From: Carcharhinus longimanus | Taxonomy: Eukaryota | Length of the DNA stretch: 64,000 bases | Assembly (NCBI GenBank): GCA_030264375.1 | Contig: JASCQW010000043.1 | Span: 63,015,984-63,079,983 of the forward strand | Direction of reading: 5' to 3' | Shown: in pieces, positions 39,325 through 52,621 of the stretch | Position numbering within the stretch: position 1 is the stretch's first letter | Layout: each line of letters begins with the position of its first letter | Made by a program: the position numbers and the translations under genes | Notes under the pieces: generated by a model | What the model was told of the DNA's origin: nothing | What the model saw: only the letters and a program-made list of their open reading frames with translations | The model's database searches: none

Positions 39325-39450
39325 TGCTCAATGGTTTGGCAAGCCATTTCAGATGGCATTTAAGAGACAACCACATTGCTGTGGATCCGGAGTCACACAT
39401 AGGCCAGACCAGGTAAGGATGGCAGATATCCTTTTCTCAATGACATTAGA
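39325..39450 (-). mobile_element. Fragment of the older tRNA SINE family seen at 16140
   Basis: CCACATTGCTGTGGATCCGGAGTCACACATAGGCCAGACCAGGTAAGGATGGCAGAT. Confidence 0.65.
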
Positions 39451-40763
39451 GTTCCTAATACTTCCAGTGTTTCAGTATTGTTTCTCTGTTTTGTGTTGAA
39501 ATAGGACAGAAAAGAACAGATTTGTATGTGGAAGGGTTCTGTAACCTCAAGATAGTGTTTAATGTGCTCAACTCAAACTAATTGTCTCAGGGTGCATAGA
39601 AGCGGGGAAAAGTGAAACTGAAAACTTTATATAAGGTCAGATTTAAAATCATTTTGTCCTGTTTTTCTTCTCCTTCTATTCAACATATGCACATCAACAT
39701 CCAAGCACCACACCATATTATGCTATACCCTCTCTTGATTCTTTTCCCATGCCCCATGGTGCATGAGGCAGATGAAGGACATGTTTACATCTGTTTCTGA
39801 AGCCTATGTTATCCTGGAAAGGGTTTCTAATCTTAAGTGGGATGCTACAACTTGAGGGGTGCCACTCCCTATCAAACATAGTTTACCAGAAATCTCTCCC
39901 ACTTTTGCCGTCTGCCATCTGCATATTTGAAGGTTTGTATTTTCAGCCTATTTGATTGTTATACAAACGCACTTTCCATGCCCATGGAACATCCGGCTCA
40001 GAGGCTACCCACAGTGCTACAGGATCTCCCATTATGCTATATTGCTGTGCAAATAATATTTGAAAGTTGTGATGTATGTCCAGTCAAAACTGGCTGCCTG
40101 CCTATGGGCTGGGGATGTGTTCTCCTATTTGGACTCTCCTTTGGCCATGCTGGAGGCAAGGTCCTGCCTCCTTGCTCTCCACACTGACACCCCTCCCAAC
40201 ACCCTTCACCACCCCATTCACCTCTCCTCGGGAGTAGCCATCACAGTTTGTCAACCGGTGCCTACAGCAATTGCATCAAAGGCCAACTTTCCCCATGGTG
40301 CTGCTGTGTCTGAAGAGCTGCCAATCTCTCATTGGTTAGCGCTTCTTGGGAGGGGGAATTCTCATTCAGAAGGTCCCTAGGAACTCCAAAGGCAGGCAGT
40401 TAAGTGCTTGATTGAGATTGAACCATCAAGGCTCCTGGAAAAGGTCTTGGTGGGGTTGCCATTGGCTCTCTGGTCAGCAGTGGATGGGGCCACCACCACA
40501 GCCATTAAGTTCAGCCTATCATTTGTATTAACCCCATGTATTGTACAGGTTAGAAAAAATACTTCCAGCCAAAGGAGGAGTAATTTTCAAATTCTGTTCT
40601 CACCAGTCAACATCAAAGTAATACTTTTACTTAATTGCATTTATGCAGTATTCGTATGTAAGTAGTTCTTTCTAGGTGGGACAGTTCTATTTACTGCTGA
40701 TATTGCTATTCAAAGGTGGGATGGGTGACAGTTACTATAGCTCCACATATTTTAGAGAATGTT

Positions 40764-41023
40764 ACATAGAACATAAGAACATAACATAAGAACATAAGAA
40801 ATAGGAGCAGGAGTAGGCCAACTAGCCCTTCGAGCCTGCCCCGCCNNNNNNNNNNNNNNNNNNNNNNNNNNNNNNNNNNNNNNNNNNNNNNNNNNNNNNN
40901 NNNNNNNNNNNNNNNNNNNNNNNNNNNNNNNNNNNNNNNNNNNNNTTGATACCCCTGGACATTCAGCTCCCAGTCCCTGTCACCTTGCAGCCACGTCTCT
41001 GTAATGGCCACCAGATCATATCA
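40764..41023 (-). mobile_element. Young CR1 LINE: 3' tail and endonuclease N-terminus on opposite sides of a 100-N gap
   Basis: Tail nearly identical to 11988. Right side encodes YDLVAITETWLQGDRDWELNVQGYQ (APE domain start). Confidence 0.85.
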
Positions 41024-41314
41024 AGGTCTGTAGTACTCTGCAATTCAACCACAATAAGGTTTCTGTGGAGTTTAGCACACATTACAGATGGTTTCCCCAG
41101 CCATATTTTCTTTCCCCAATTCAGTTTCCTATTGTAATTGTACTAGAGCCAATAACTGGCTTATTAATACATGGCATTCTAAATCCAAATGATTTTAGGT
41201 GATATCAATCTTCTTATCGAGACAGATATGCAGCTGTTTAATCCCTACGCATTTTACATCTTGTACAATTCCCCCACACATAGCACTTTTTACTTTAAAG
41301 GTGCTAAATAAAAC

Positions 41315-41865
41315 AAGTATTTATATTGTGCTTTAATGTGATAAAACACCCCAAAGCACTTCACAGGACCATTATAAAACAAAACCTGACACCAAGCCAC
41401 ACAAGGCAATAATAGGGCAGATAGCCAAAACATCAGTAAAGGTTACAGATTTTAAGGAGTGTCTTCAAGGAGGAAAGAGAGGCAGAGAGGCACAGAGATT
41501 TATAGAGGGAATTCCAGAGTTTAGGTAGCTGAAGGCATGGCCACCAGTGGTGTAGTGATTAAAACTGGGGATGCTCAAAAAGTCAGAGGAGCACAGATAT
41601 CATTTATGGCTGTAGGCTAGAAGAAGTAAGAGGGATTTGAAACGGGGATGAGAATTTTAAAATCGAGGCACTGCTTAACCAGGAGCCAATGTAGGTCAGC
41701 AAGCGCATGGACGATGACTAAACGGGGCTTGGTATGAGTAAAGACGTGGTCAACAGAGCTTTGGATGACGTCATGATTATAGAGGATTGAGTGTGAGTGG
41801 CCTGCCAGGAATGTATTAGAGTAGTCGGGTCTTGGTGTAGCAAAGGGATGGATGAGGATATCATG
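41315..41865 (-). mobile_element. L2-type LINE 3' end
   Basis: GATTTTAAGGAGTGTCTT...GGGAATTCCAGAG...GGGATTTGAAA..GGATGAGAATTTTAAAATCGAGG...GGAGCCAATGTAGGTCAGC. Confidence 0.75.
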
Positions 41866-41869
41866 AGCT

Positions 41870-42966
41870 GAATCATAGAATCATACAATCTACGTCATAG
41901 AGACAGGCCCTTCGGCCCAAACTGGTCCATGCCGACCAAAATGCCCATCTAAGCTAATCCTATTTGTGTGAATTTGACCCATATTCCTCATAAACCTTTC
42001 CTATCCACGTATCTATCCAGATGCCTTTTAAATGTTGTCAATGTTCCTGCCTCAACCACTTCCTGTTTCAGCTTTGATTAAGTTCCTGCTCTGGAAGGTT
42101 AGATCACATGGAATCCAAGGAGAGCTGGCAAATTGGATATACAATTGACTTGATGGTAAGAAGCAGAGGGCAATGATGGAAGGATGCTTATCAGATTCAC
42201 ATGTACGTACTACTCTCTGTGTAAAAAAGTTGCTCTTCAGGTTCCCATTAATTCTTTCCCCTCTTAACTCAACCTACGCGCTCTAGTTCTCGATTCCCCA
42301 ATGCTGGAAAAAATACTGAGGACATTCATCCTATCCATGCCTCTCATGATCTTATATCTTATATGGTGAGGGATGGCCTCACCAACGTCCTTACAACTGC
42401 AACATAACTTGCCAACTTCTATTCTCAGTGCCCTGACTGAAGGCTAGAATGTCAAAAGCTTTCTTCATTGCCCTATCTACCTGTGACTCCATCTTTAGTG
42501 AACTGTGCATCTGAACCCACGATACTCCCAAAGATCCTACCATTCACCATGAAGGTCCAACTTTGATTTGACCTTCCAAAATGCAACACCGCACAGTTTT
42601 CTGTATTGAAATCCATTTGCCATTTCTCGATCCACTTCCCCAGCTGATCAAGATCCTGCTGCAATTTTTGATAACCTTCCTCACTGTCTATAATACCCCC
42701 TATTTTAGTGTCATCTGCAAACTTATTGATCATGCCTTGTACATTCTCATCCAAATCGTTGATATAGAGAACAAACAGAAATGGGCCCAGCACTGACCCC
42801 TGAGGCACACCAATAGTCACAGGCCTCCAATCAAATAAGCATCCTTCCACCATTACCCTCTGCTTCTTACCATCAAGTCAATTGTATATCCAATTTGCCA
42901 GCTCTCCTTGGATTCCATGGGATCTAACCTTCCAGAGCAGGAACTTTATCAAAGCTGAAACAGGAA
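41870..42966 (-). mobile_element. CR1 LINE (RT to 3' end, internally deleted) carrying an inverted templated copy of its own 5' junction
   Basis: GVPQGSVLGPFLFVLYINDLD...KFADDTKIGG...LQQDLDQL..W..KWQMDFN. (ATCATAGA)n tail at 41870. Confidence 0.92.
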
Positions 42967-44640
42967 CAGAATTGGGTAAGTTACAAAGATGGAAATAAGT
43001 GATCATGATGGTACGAATATGTGATCTGTAACCAAATATGGCATTATGGTTGCAAATATATAAATACAAATGTGACAGTATGAAAAGAATGGAAGTTTTC
43101 AAACTCCATAGTTTCCAGCACCTCAAATGGATTTGAGGGGGAAATTTTAATCTGAGTTTGATTGGGGTCAAACAACCGAAAAATGGCTCCAACCAGCCAA
43201 CTTCCAACTTTTATTCGGGCAAGGCACAAGCAATCAACCTGCTCCCAGGAGAAGACATTTTAATCACGTAAATTAGGCTAGTAACCTTGAATTTAATCAG
43301 CTTTTCAATTTTAACTGTGGCCAGTTGGGATTCCCAGGCTTTGGAAGCAATGTAAGGACAGCATCCGGAAGCTTCCTCCTGTCCCCAAGTACCCACAAAA
43401 CCTCTCCTCATTATAATCAGGCTTAACCTGGATCTTGGATCAGCTCCATGTCACCTGAAAGTCTGGAACCCTCCCTGGGGTGAGGAAATGGACTGTTCCT
43501 CTCCAGGGTCAGGGATCTGAACTCTCTCTTTGAAGGGATCAGAAATCAGACAATTGGGGAATGCATGGCTAGGAATTTGACCCATCTGAGATTGGGCTTT
43601 CCTGCCCCGACCCACCAACCCCTCCACTGGGCTGGGGATCATCCCCAATTTGTATTGTATCCCCTGTCCACCAATCCTTGCCCATCACTAAATCAGGCAT
43701 TGCACCTATCTGGTCCTGTTGTCTATTTTCCAAGCAAAGTTTGTCAACTGGGTTGACTTCTGGTAGGGGCAGGGTTTGTAAGTAACGTACAGGACAAGTT
43801 GTGGAGTTAAAACTCCAAGTTTGTCATGGCTACTGACCCCCTAGTGAGTCAAATTCAGCAAGTATAAAGTGCAAGATGTGCAATCCATGGGGATTGAAAA
43901 GCTTGAAATAAATCTGGTTGGAAGATTCATGTCAGATGACATTGTTTGGTATTGGTTGCTAACTGCTTAACATTTAGTTACCGCATGGCAACTAACTATC
44001 TAACCCATCAAGTCAAAAAGTAAAGTAAAATAATTGGACAATAATGGGAAAATATGATAATTTTCTCCAGTTTAACATTGACCAAGTAAAAGCAACCATG
44101 TGTGGCTCTGTCATTCATCCCATTTCCCTTTTCTGATTGCTTCACAGGCTGAACATGTTGATGAACAACCTTGATGTCCTCAGTTTGATCATAAGCAGAG
44201 CTTAAAACTACACATCTGGATATCATTAAGGCACTAGTGTTATATCTGCAAAGTATCATCTGCCTTCATTCTCTTTGCATACTCACCTCTAAGTGTTCAT
44301 ACATGTCTTCATCATTCCAAAACTTAATTTCCCTCACTGGCTTTCCAAATTCTGCCGTAGTTAATCTTCAACTCATCCAGAACATTGATGCCCATTTTCT
44401 CCTCCACCAAATCCAGCTCACCTGCCCTTGAATTCCCTCTCCCAGTGATATTGTTTTTAAAAGCCCTGTGATAATTGCAAATCTTATAGCAGTCTAGATC
44501 CAACTGATGATTGCATTCCTCTTTGTCTCTGTTCTGTTCTTTTCTCACTGTTCACTTGGCATCACCCGTCTGCATATTGGAACTCTTCTTCCAAAACTTC
44601 CCCAGCTCAAAGCTGCCTCAAAACCTACCTTGGCATCCTT

Positions 44641-44850
44641 ATGAATTATAGAATCCCTACAGTGCAGAAGAGGCCATTCGGCCCGTCAAGTCTGCACCAA
44701 CTCTCTGACAGACTTACTTAACCAGGCCCTCTGCCCTGCCCTATCCCCGTAACCCCATGCATTTACCATTTAACCTACACATCTTGGGACAGTAAGGGAC
44801 AATTTAACATGGTCAATTCACCTAACCTGCACTTCTTAGGACTGTGGGAA
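44641..44850 (-). mobile_element. HE1-like SINE, 3' half only
   Basis: TAGAATCCCTACAGTGCAGAAGAGGCCATTCGGCCC...GGACTGTGGGA. Confidence 0.85.
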
Positions 44851-46374
44851 TATATGCTATCATCTTTCAATGTTCTATCCAATTTCCGACTTTGTGTCCC
44901 GTGGTGTCCTGTAAAATGTCTTGGAATGTTTGTTAAATGAAAGGTTCTATAACAGTGTGTAAATTATTGTTCTTCCTTTGCAAAGGAATAGAGATTAAGT
45001 GATAGATGGGGTTAGCCTGATGTCTTTCCATCTCTGCAATCTATATTTAAATAAAGCTCAGGTTAGTGGCATAACAATCTCTGTTTTCCAGGGGTAAAAG
45101 TACTATGGGCAAAGAGCTTGGTCACTCTCAAGTTGATTTTTCATGAGTACAATGCTACAATACAAGCCGGTCACAATTCAAGACAAGTTGCTATTGAAGT
45201 GCCAATCTTACCCAGAGAAATCACAAAATATGAGTGATATGAAAAATCAAAAAATTCACAGGGGTAAAACAGAGGATGATTTTCTACAATTGGGTCAAAG
45301 CATTATTAGGACAAAGTAAAGTCAGCTCTATTGTGTAATAATTTGCATTAGAGTGTAAGTGGACTTGTTGAAGGCTGATCCTCGGAACAAAAAAATCAAA
45401 ATGGAAAATTTAGGTAAGACAACAATATCTGATTTATTGTGCCATGTGACATATCACTGGTTCAGACAGCACTTGTGGACAATATGCATTTTCAATTTAA
45501 TATGTGGTTGGAGTTGTACAGATACAGAATTCAAATAGCATTTACAATGCATTGCTTCAAATGAAACTGCATCAGAGTCTGTAAGAGCAGCCTTGAGATG
45601 TGCAAGACCTTCCTCAAAACTGAATTTTGAATAAGCCTACTGCCACTTCTTCCAGTATCCATTGTGATCCAAAAAAGGGATGACTATAAAATAAAGCATT
45701 AATTTTTAAAAGAATTATAAGTTACACTAACCAGTAGACAGAAAATGCACCAAGAACTAAGATATCAAAAACCTCAAAGGGAAATAATATTTATCTCGTA
45801 TTTTCTAAATGATTACACTATTCTAGAATGATGCATTTAAAGCTAATATGAAAAACAGTATTCTTGAAAAACATATATTTATAATTTTACTCACAGGCTC
45901 AGAAGACAGTACTGTGTAATCAATATCTCTGGTAATGTTAGTCAACAGTAGTTTATGAGTACTGAGTGGAATTTTTATTTCAATTACATTGAACCAATTG
46001 GCTAAGCTGGCAAGAAATTAATTGTTTCCCAAGGTGCATTCAATTGAATGTTACTGGGGACATTAGATTACTGAGTCACCCCCCTGGTGCATAAACCTGG
46101 TTGTTGAACTCGATCCAGTGCATTAACTTAGAAATTCAACCATAGTAAGAAGAAAAGGACAGATGTGCAATTCAGTGTTTGGGCATGCATCAGAAAATAA
46201 ATAACATTTGGGCCTAAAGCCAGTTTCTGTTAGTTTGGACACTTTGGTTCATAGGCTAAAGCCCCAGAGCAACTTTGCTAGTACAATGAATTCACCCTCA
46301 CAGGAAGGGGCAGGGAGCCAGAATCTCAGGGCTTGTTTCTGTAGGTGTCATGGAGCTCACTCAACTCCAAAAGA

Positions 46375-46630
46375 CAGTCAAATGGGAGTTGATAATGTGA
46401 TGAACTACAGGGAAGATTAGAAACTAAATTCTTTACACAGTGGGTGGTTAGAATGTGGAATTGTCTGGCACAAACTATTGTGGAAATAATATTCACAAAT
46501 TAAGCTGCTTGAGAAAGGAAATAATATTAAGTGAAGTAGGGAATGAGTAAATCAGAATTGAGATTAGACCTGGTGACTCAGAGTAAAACACTGGTGTGAA
46601 TTTGATGGATGAAATGATTCTATGATTCAA
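46375..46630 (+). mobile_element. Old CR1 3' fragment
   Basis: TTCTTTACACAGTGGGTGGTTAGAATGTGGAAT (FFTQ.VV.MWN) and an ATTCTATGATTC tail. Confidence 0.55.
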
Positions 46631-48948
46631 CCATTTCATAATATTGGAATAAGCATATTTTATATATGTACATACAGGAAAACTTCAAAATTATGGTGCA
46701 TAAATTACCCTGCAAAGAGAATTAAGTAAAGGTCAAATGGGAAACGACTCTATTTCAAGAATACAATTAAGAACGTGAAGTTAAACAAAAAAAGTCATAT
46801 GTTTCTAATAGTGTACTTTGTTGTATAAAATTGAACTATTTTCAAAGATATATATAGACATATTTGGAAATTATTGTAATGGCTGTTAGGCAAATATCAG
46901 AGTAATAAAATAACACATAAACCACATCTATTTTTATTTCGGAAAGAAAATGAAATTGTGCTGATAAGAATGTTACAAATTCTGATTTATTGTTTTATTT
47001 TTGTAGCAAAGCAGTTCAAAGAAAGGGATTTGTGTCTAATTAAACCATGAACCCTAGCCTCTCCCTGACATTGTTTTTGTCTGTTTACGATCTGATACAA
47101 AAAGAAGATTTACTACGTGTGATAACGTGCCTCCTCAGCTTGCTCACGATGTACATCATAGATTGCTATTCATTGGCTAGGTAAATATTAAACTCTCATT
47201 TTTATTATTTTTAAAGGGCGAAACCTCCTGAACGGATTTTGTCGTAGCAAGCAGGACATATAAATGAATCAATGTAAACAACAGTGGCTCATTAATAGAA
47301 GGCCGCAATGGCCCAGTGTTAAAATATATTTTGGATGTGACTTTTCCAGACGCCTGTGAGGAGGTTATTGTGAGAGCTTGGCTGCTGCCCCATCCCCCAC
47401 GCACAGTCGCCTTTGTAGAAACACTCAGTGGAAGGATGGGGAAATGATCGCTGCTTAATGCATTGCCACGGGCTTAAAATAAAACACGCTCAACATGTCC
47501 AAACAGAAACATTGTTATCAACCACACACACACACACACCGAAAAGAAGCTATTGCGAAACAACGACTACGACCTCTGCAGAATGTGTTTATAGTACAAT
47601 GTGAATGAAACATGGAGGTTGCACATCAGCTAAACTGACGTTCGGCTGCAAACATTCAGGGTGATCGCTTGGAATACATCATATTTTAACATGTTGCCTG
47701 TATAGTGAGAGGGGGCAATGATTGTCGTGCATTCGCATTGAGCTTACTGCATGTTCTGTACTCAAGCAAACGTTTGCTCTGCAAATATTGTCTCTGATGT
47801 GTTATCTAACAAATCGAGTGGGGGGAGGGCGCGCTAAGGGCAAGGGCAAATAGCAAAGAGGAATGAATACACAAGCCGTCCTCAGAGAAACACCATTCGC
47901 CATATGGTTCAGTTGCCACACATACACGCACATAGCACACCAGCGATTGTTATACTGCGGAGTAGCGTACAACGCTCACTGCAGAGCAGGCACACCTAGA
48001 ATGGCTCGGCGGATCAGAGATGTGAGTTGTCCAGCCTTACAAACCAGGATAATTCCAAATTTGATTCCCCACTTTGGCGGAATTAAGTCAGTTTTGGCCT
48101 TTGGAGCAAAAAAAACGCTTAGGCGTGATATTGAAAGACGACGGCGGGTAAACGTGGATGGCAGAGATAAAGGGCAAAAAATATATTTGAAAAATCCATG
48201 AAACAGATTCACATGCATCAGTGAAAGTATTCACAACAGATACGCATGTGGAGACGCGCGCAACCACAGAGCAATGCAAACGCATCCCAGTCACATTACA
48301 GAGAAAACGCACATAAACCATGCAAGTTACCCACCACAGAGCAACAGCAAATATTTTACACTCAAGCCACACACCGCAGAAACAGACATACACCAAGACA
48401 GTATACATGTAATAATAAAATACATATACACAACAGACACACATATAAACGCTGCAAGCACAAGAATAAACACGCACATCATATACAGAACTCTGAGACA
48501 TAACAGACAGTCATTCTCTGGAAAAGGGACATATACGAGGCCATCACCAATATAAACAGGCTGTCTATGCATACTTTGGTCACAATATAAATACTGGCAT
48601 ACAAGAAGAGATAGGACATTACAAAATGATGAGGAACTTTATTTTAAGTGCTGCGAATCGTCTCTAACATTTTTCCCTCTCAACACTACAGAATATCCAC
48701 CTCACTTGGCCTGAGGTAATGAAATCCGTAAGTCCTTCTACCTTAAAAATGGTAATGTTTTTAACTTTAGTTTTTAATTAAATGTCACTCCACTCTGGAA
48801 GTGTTAGCTAAAACGGCACAGATCAAGAAGGACCCGTCCTCCCCCTAGTTCCCTTCTAATTGTTGCCACCTCCCATTTATTGGAGGAATGAATATACATG
48901 GGAAGAATAAACATTCTTGCATATTTAATTTAGGGATATGCATACAGG

Positions 48949-49075
48949 ACCATATGACATCAGAGCAGAATTAGACCACTCAGCCCATCGAGTCTGCTCC
49001 GCCATTCAATCATGGCCGATATTTTTCTCATCCCCGTTCTCCTGCCTTTCCCCCATAACTCCTTATTAATCAAGA
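48949..49075 (-). mobile_element. CR1 3' tail fragment
   Basis: AGCAGAATTAGACCACTCAGCCCATCGAGTCTGCTCCGCCATTCAATCATGG. Confidence 0.8.
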
Positions 49076-49739
49076 GGGAAATTATACCTTTACAGGATAA
49101 AAATGAATGTTTCTGGCTATCATGCATTCGAAAACGTTCTGGATAACAACATATTTTCGAAATGTGTTTACTTATTTACATGGAATAATAACGCTCCCTT
49201 CGGTTTTAATGTGTATTTAAAATCACAATCAGCTTCAGCGTGTGGGGTATATTGGTTGAGGTGTTAAACAGAAGGACAGTTAAATCTAAATATTGCCTGC
49301 AAGCTGTATTTTCTGGATGCACAGGGAAGTAATTGCTGGGGAAAGAACAGGTTGTCTTCGCTGTAAACAGGCGCGATATAAATGATCTGGATGGTGGATG
49401 CACTTTATTATAAATCCAAGTCCCGTGACCTAAGCGTTCTGGATGAGGGTCTGAACAAAATCTAAATGCGTGCGCTTCCCGGAGTAAAATGTTCTGGATG
49501 AGTAGAAAGTCAATGTAACCATTTGTTTTAGGCGCCGGGAGCTAAATGCTTGGAGCTGGCTCAGTTAGCTGGGTGCTTGTTTTGGACTGTGACGGAACAA
49601 GGGGGTGAAAGTAGCTGAATTTGCTGGCTAGGCTCGCTAAACGCTCCACTGCTGGGAGTTGAATGCTCCAGTGCTGGCTCTGCTGGAAGCTCCTTTGACA
49701 CACAGGGACTGACTTGACTCTTGGGCTGGAAACTCAGCT

Positions 49740-49925
49740 CCTCTCTCTCACACACACACACACACACAGATGGGAAAATGTGCAGCCAATGGCTGGGCTG
49801 AGTTTCATAAAAGCTCTGTTCTGAGTGGCTGCAGGGCGAATGGTTGTGAAACAAAGGACAGGGAGCTGGGTCTGGAGCAGGGAATCAGAGAGAGAGAGAC
49901 ACACACACACACACACACACAGAGA
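49740..49925. repeat. Two compound microsatellites, (CT)n(CA)n at 49740-49769 and (GA)n(CA)n at 49887-49925
   Basis: Read directly. Confidence 0.9.
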
Positions 49926-50046
49926 AATGTGCACCCAGCAAAACACACACACAGCCAAGACAAGCCAACACAACCACTAAAATACATCGACACTCAGGAC
50001 AAACCAAGGCACACCCAGCAAGACACACAGGCAGACAGGTAAAGGA
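49780..50046 (+). promoter_or_regulatory. Candidate ZNF608 core promoter and non-coding first exon
   Basis: CCAAT 49786-49790, TATA-like CATAAAAG 49806-49813, flanking GA/CA microsatellites, and donor-like CAG|GTAAAG at 50038/50039 (alternative CAG|GTAGTC at 50049/50050), all in a CpG-richer zone upstream of the acceptor at 52433. Confidence 0.4.
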
Positions 50047-51110
50047 CAGGTAGTCACGCTATCACATTTGATTTAAAAACAAAACAAACAAAAAAAAATG
50101 CCTTTCATATCACACGAAGACCAGGGCAAAACCGAGCCAGTACTGATCGTAAGTATATTGTGAAATAATCTGAGTGTAAACTTTTTATCAATCACACCAG
50201 AGATCGTATCTTTTGGCAAGAGAAGTGAGTTATTTTCAAAGTTCCTTTTTTTTTAAAGAAAAGCTTTACTCCCCGACCCGAGTTTGGGATAAAATCGGGC
50301 TATAATTAAATGTGATATAGTTTTGATCCTTCTTGTTGATTTGACAATTGTATCCGGTGCCGCTTCCTTATTTATTTTACTTCCACGATTTTGTTCTTAA
50401 AGGAGGAAACACATTTGGCTATTAGTCCCTCGTGACACTTACCGTGCTAACTTGAGCTTGTAAATAGCTACAAGTCTTTTTTTTGTTGGAGTTGACTTTA
50501 ATAAGCATTTACAACTGTCGACCAGGAATGCTGCTGTCCCCCCTCCCCCTCCCCTGCTTTTATTGCTGATATGAAAAGAACAAGCAGCGTGTTCCAAAAA
50601 TTTGTGTTTAATCTCACCCAGGCGACAGAGAGCTGCTCCCGAACAGATTGCCCACCACCACCACCCCACATTAAAATTGTAAGATTTCAAGTTTTCCCCT
50701 TTTTTTGTTTAAACCACTGAGGCACCATCAGTTTTCTGCCACGCTTGTCACCGATTTTTGTTCTCACGTCAAGCTACAGGGGGATCTTGGATTCACGTGA
50801 TTGAAGCTCGAACTGTAACAAAATAGCTGCTTTTAGGTGGTTGGTTGTTGCAACCTCCCCCTTCAAATCCATCAACAATTCATTACAGCTTTTAGCTCTA
50901 AACGCCAGCTAATTAAACTGTGTAGCTCCTAATCCGAGTACAAGATGACAGAAAATGGTAAGCAGACAATCGTCAACGTTTGCAACAAATCGGTCCTGCT
51001 TGTATAAGATATTTTCTTTTNNNNNNNNNNNNNNNNNNNNNNNNNNNNNNNNNNNNNNNNNNNNNNNNNNNNNNNNNNNNNNNNNNNNNNNNNNNNNNNN
51101 NNNNNNNNNN

Positions 51111-51227
51111 TCTTGCATCCTATCTATGTCACGCTGCAACTTCTGACATCCCTCCAGACTATCCACAACACCACCAACCTTCGTATCGTCGGCGAACTTA
51201 CTAACCCATCCCTCCACTTCCTCATTC

Positions 51228-51228
<1 letters not shown>
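51111..51228 (-). mobile_element. Young CR1 RT fragment next to a gap
   Basis: VEGWVSKFADDTKVGGVVDSLEGCQKLQRDIDRMQ. Confidence 0.9.
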
Positions 51229-51229
<1 letters not shown>

Positions 51230-51260
<31 letters not shown>

Positions 51261-51304
51261 TGTGTCTGTGCATGTGTGAGTGTGTGTGTGAGTATCTGTG
51301 TGAG
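51230..51304. repeat. (TG)n microsatellite running into a gap
   Basis: Read directly. Confidence 0.95.
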
Positions 51305-52433
51305 NNNNNNNNNNNNNNNNNNNNNNNNNNNNNNNNNNNNNNNNNNNNNNNNNNNNNNNNNNNNNNNNNNNNNNNNNNNNNNNNNNNNNNNNNNNNNNNN
51401 NNNNNNNNNNNNNNNNNNNNNNNNNNNNNNNNNNNNNNNNNNNNNNNNNNNNNNNNNNNNNNNNNNNNNNNNNNNNNNNNNNNNNNNNNNNNNNNNNNNN
51501 NNNNNNNNNNNNNNNNNNNNNNNNNNNNNNNNNNNNNNNNNNNNNNNNNNNNNNNNNNNNNNNNNNNNNNNNNNNNNNNNNNNNNNNNNNNNNNNNNNNN
51601 NNNNNNNNNNNNNNNNNNNNNNNNNNNNNNNNNNNNNNNNNNNNNNNNNNNNNNNNNNNNNNNNNNNNNNNNNNNNNNNNNNNNNNNNNNNNTAGAGGAG
51701 TGAAACATTGACTTGAGGTTTAGAATGTTTCTTCCATTATGTATTACATTGGGATTACCACAAGTTGTGCGAGGGTGGGTGATGGGATGTATGGGGGCAA
51801 GTGTTGCAGAATGTAATGATGTTTTATTTTGGGGGTTGTGGGGAGGGGGGCAGTGGGTGTGATGCCGGGGAGGAGATGTTTGAATGATTTCAAGGTAAGA
51901 GTTGCTAAAGCTACCCATGATGCATGCTTTTCAGACTTTGAATGGTTACACTGATCTTTGTCAAACAACCTCATTTGCGGTCAGTGGGGCCACCTTGGTG
52001 CAGAGCTCATGGAGCGCGAACGAGTGCTGATCCAGTCCTAGCAACGTGTGCTGTTTTTTACCAAAGGCGCCTCTCTCTCGCACGATGATAACTTTTTCAG
52101 ATGTTAAACGTTTGGCAAAAAAAAAGAAAAGGAGAGAGAGAGAAACAATCAAGTCCGACTTTAGTGTGTGTTTTTTTTAAATTCCTTTCTGCTCTGTGGC
52201 TATTGCAGTCATCTCGTCTCATTCGGTGTGAAATTACAAAGGTCATCAATGGAAAGGGCGACTCCAAAGACCTATTTTTACAAAACCATGTAATCGGATT
52301 GTATTTTTAATATTGGGAAGTTTCCGTCTGCTCGTAAAAAAATTAAAAGGGGGGAGAGGCAAGGGGAGGGGGAAAAAAGAAAAAATGTTGGTCTTACCCA
52401 ACAACCGATTTATTAAGTTTTATCTTTTTGCAG

Positions 52434-52621
52434 GAAGTAATTTATTCGGGTGTGTGGATCGTGTGATTCGAATATAAGGGCAATCTCTCTCTATCTCTAT
52501 CTCTATCTATATAAAATAAACATATGAGAGGATTGAAACACGTGGCGGAGAAGCGAATGTCCTCCCAGATCCAAAGCAGTGAAGTTCATCCAATTTTTAT
52601 CCAAGAGCTCCTATCTTCAGG
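52434..52621 (+). other. ZNF608: Probable 5' UTR portion of the ZNF608 start-codon exon
   Basis: Strong acceptor TTTTATCTTTTTGCAG|G (CAG 52431-52433). The segment contains a (CTCTAT)n microsatellite and two upstream ATGs (52524, 52557). Confidence 0.7.

Noticed and set aside
42473-42853. Functional reverse transcriptase gene
   Set aside because: A 5'-truncated, internally deleted CR1 relic with stops.
48088-48572. Cys/Val/Tyr-rich and His/Thr-rich ORFs
   Set aside because: Translations of a degenerate CA-rich low-complexity tract.
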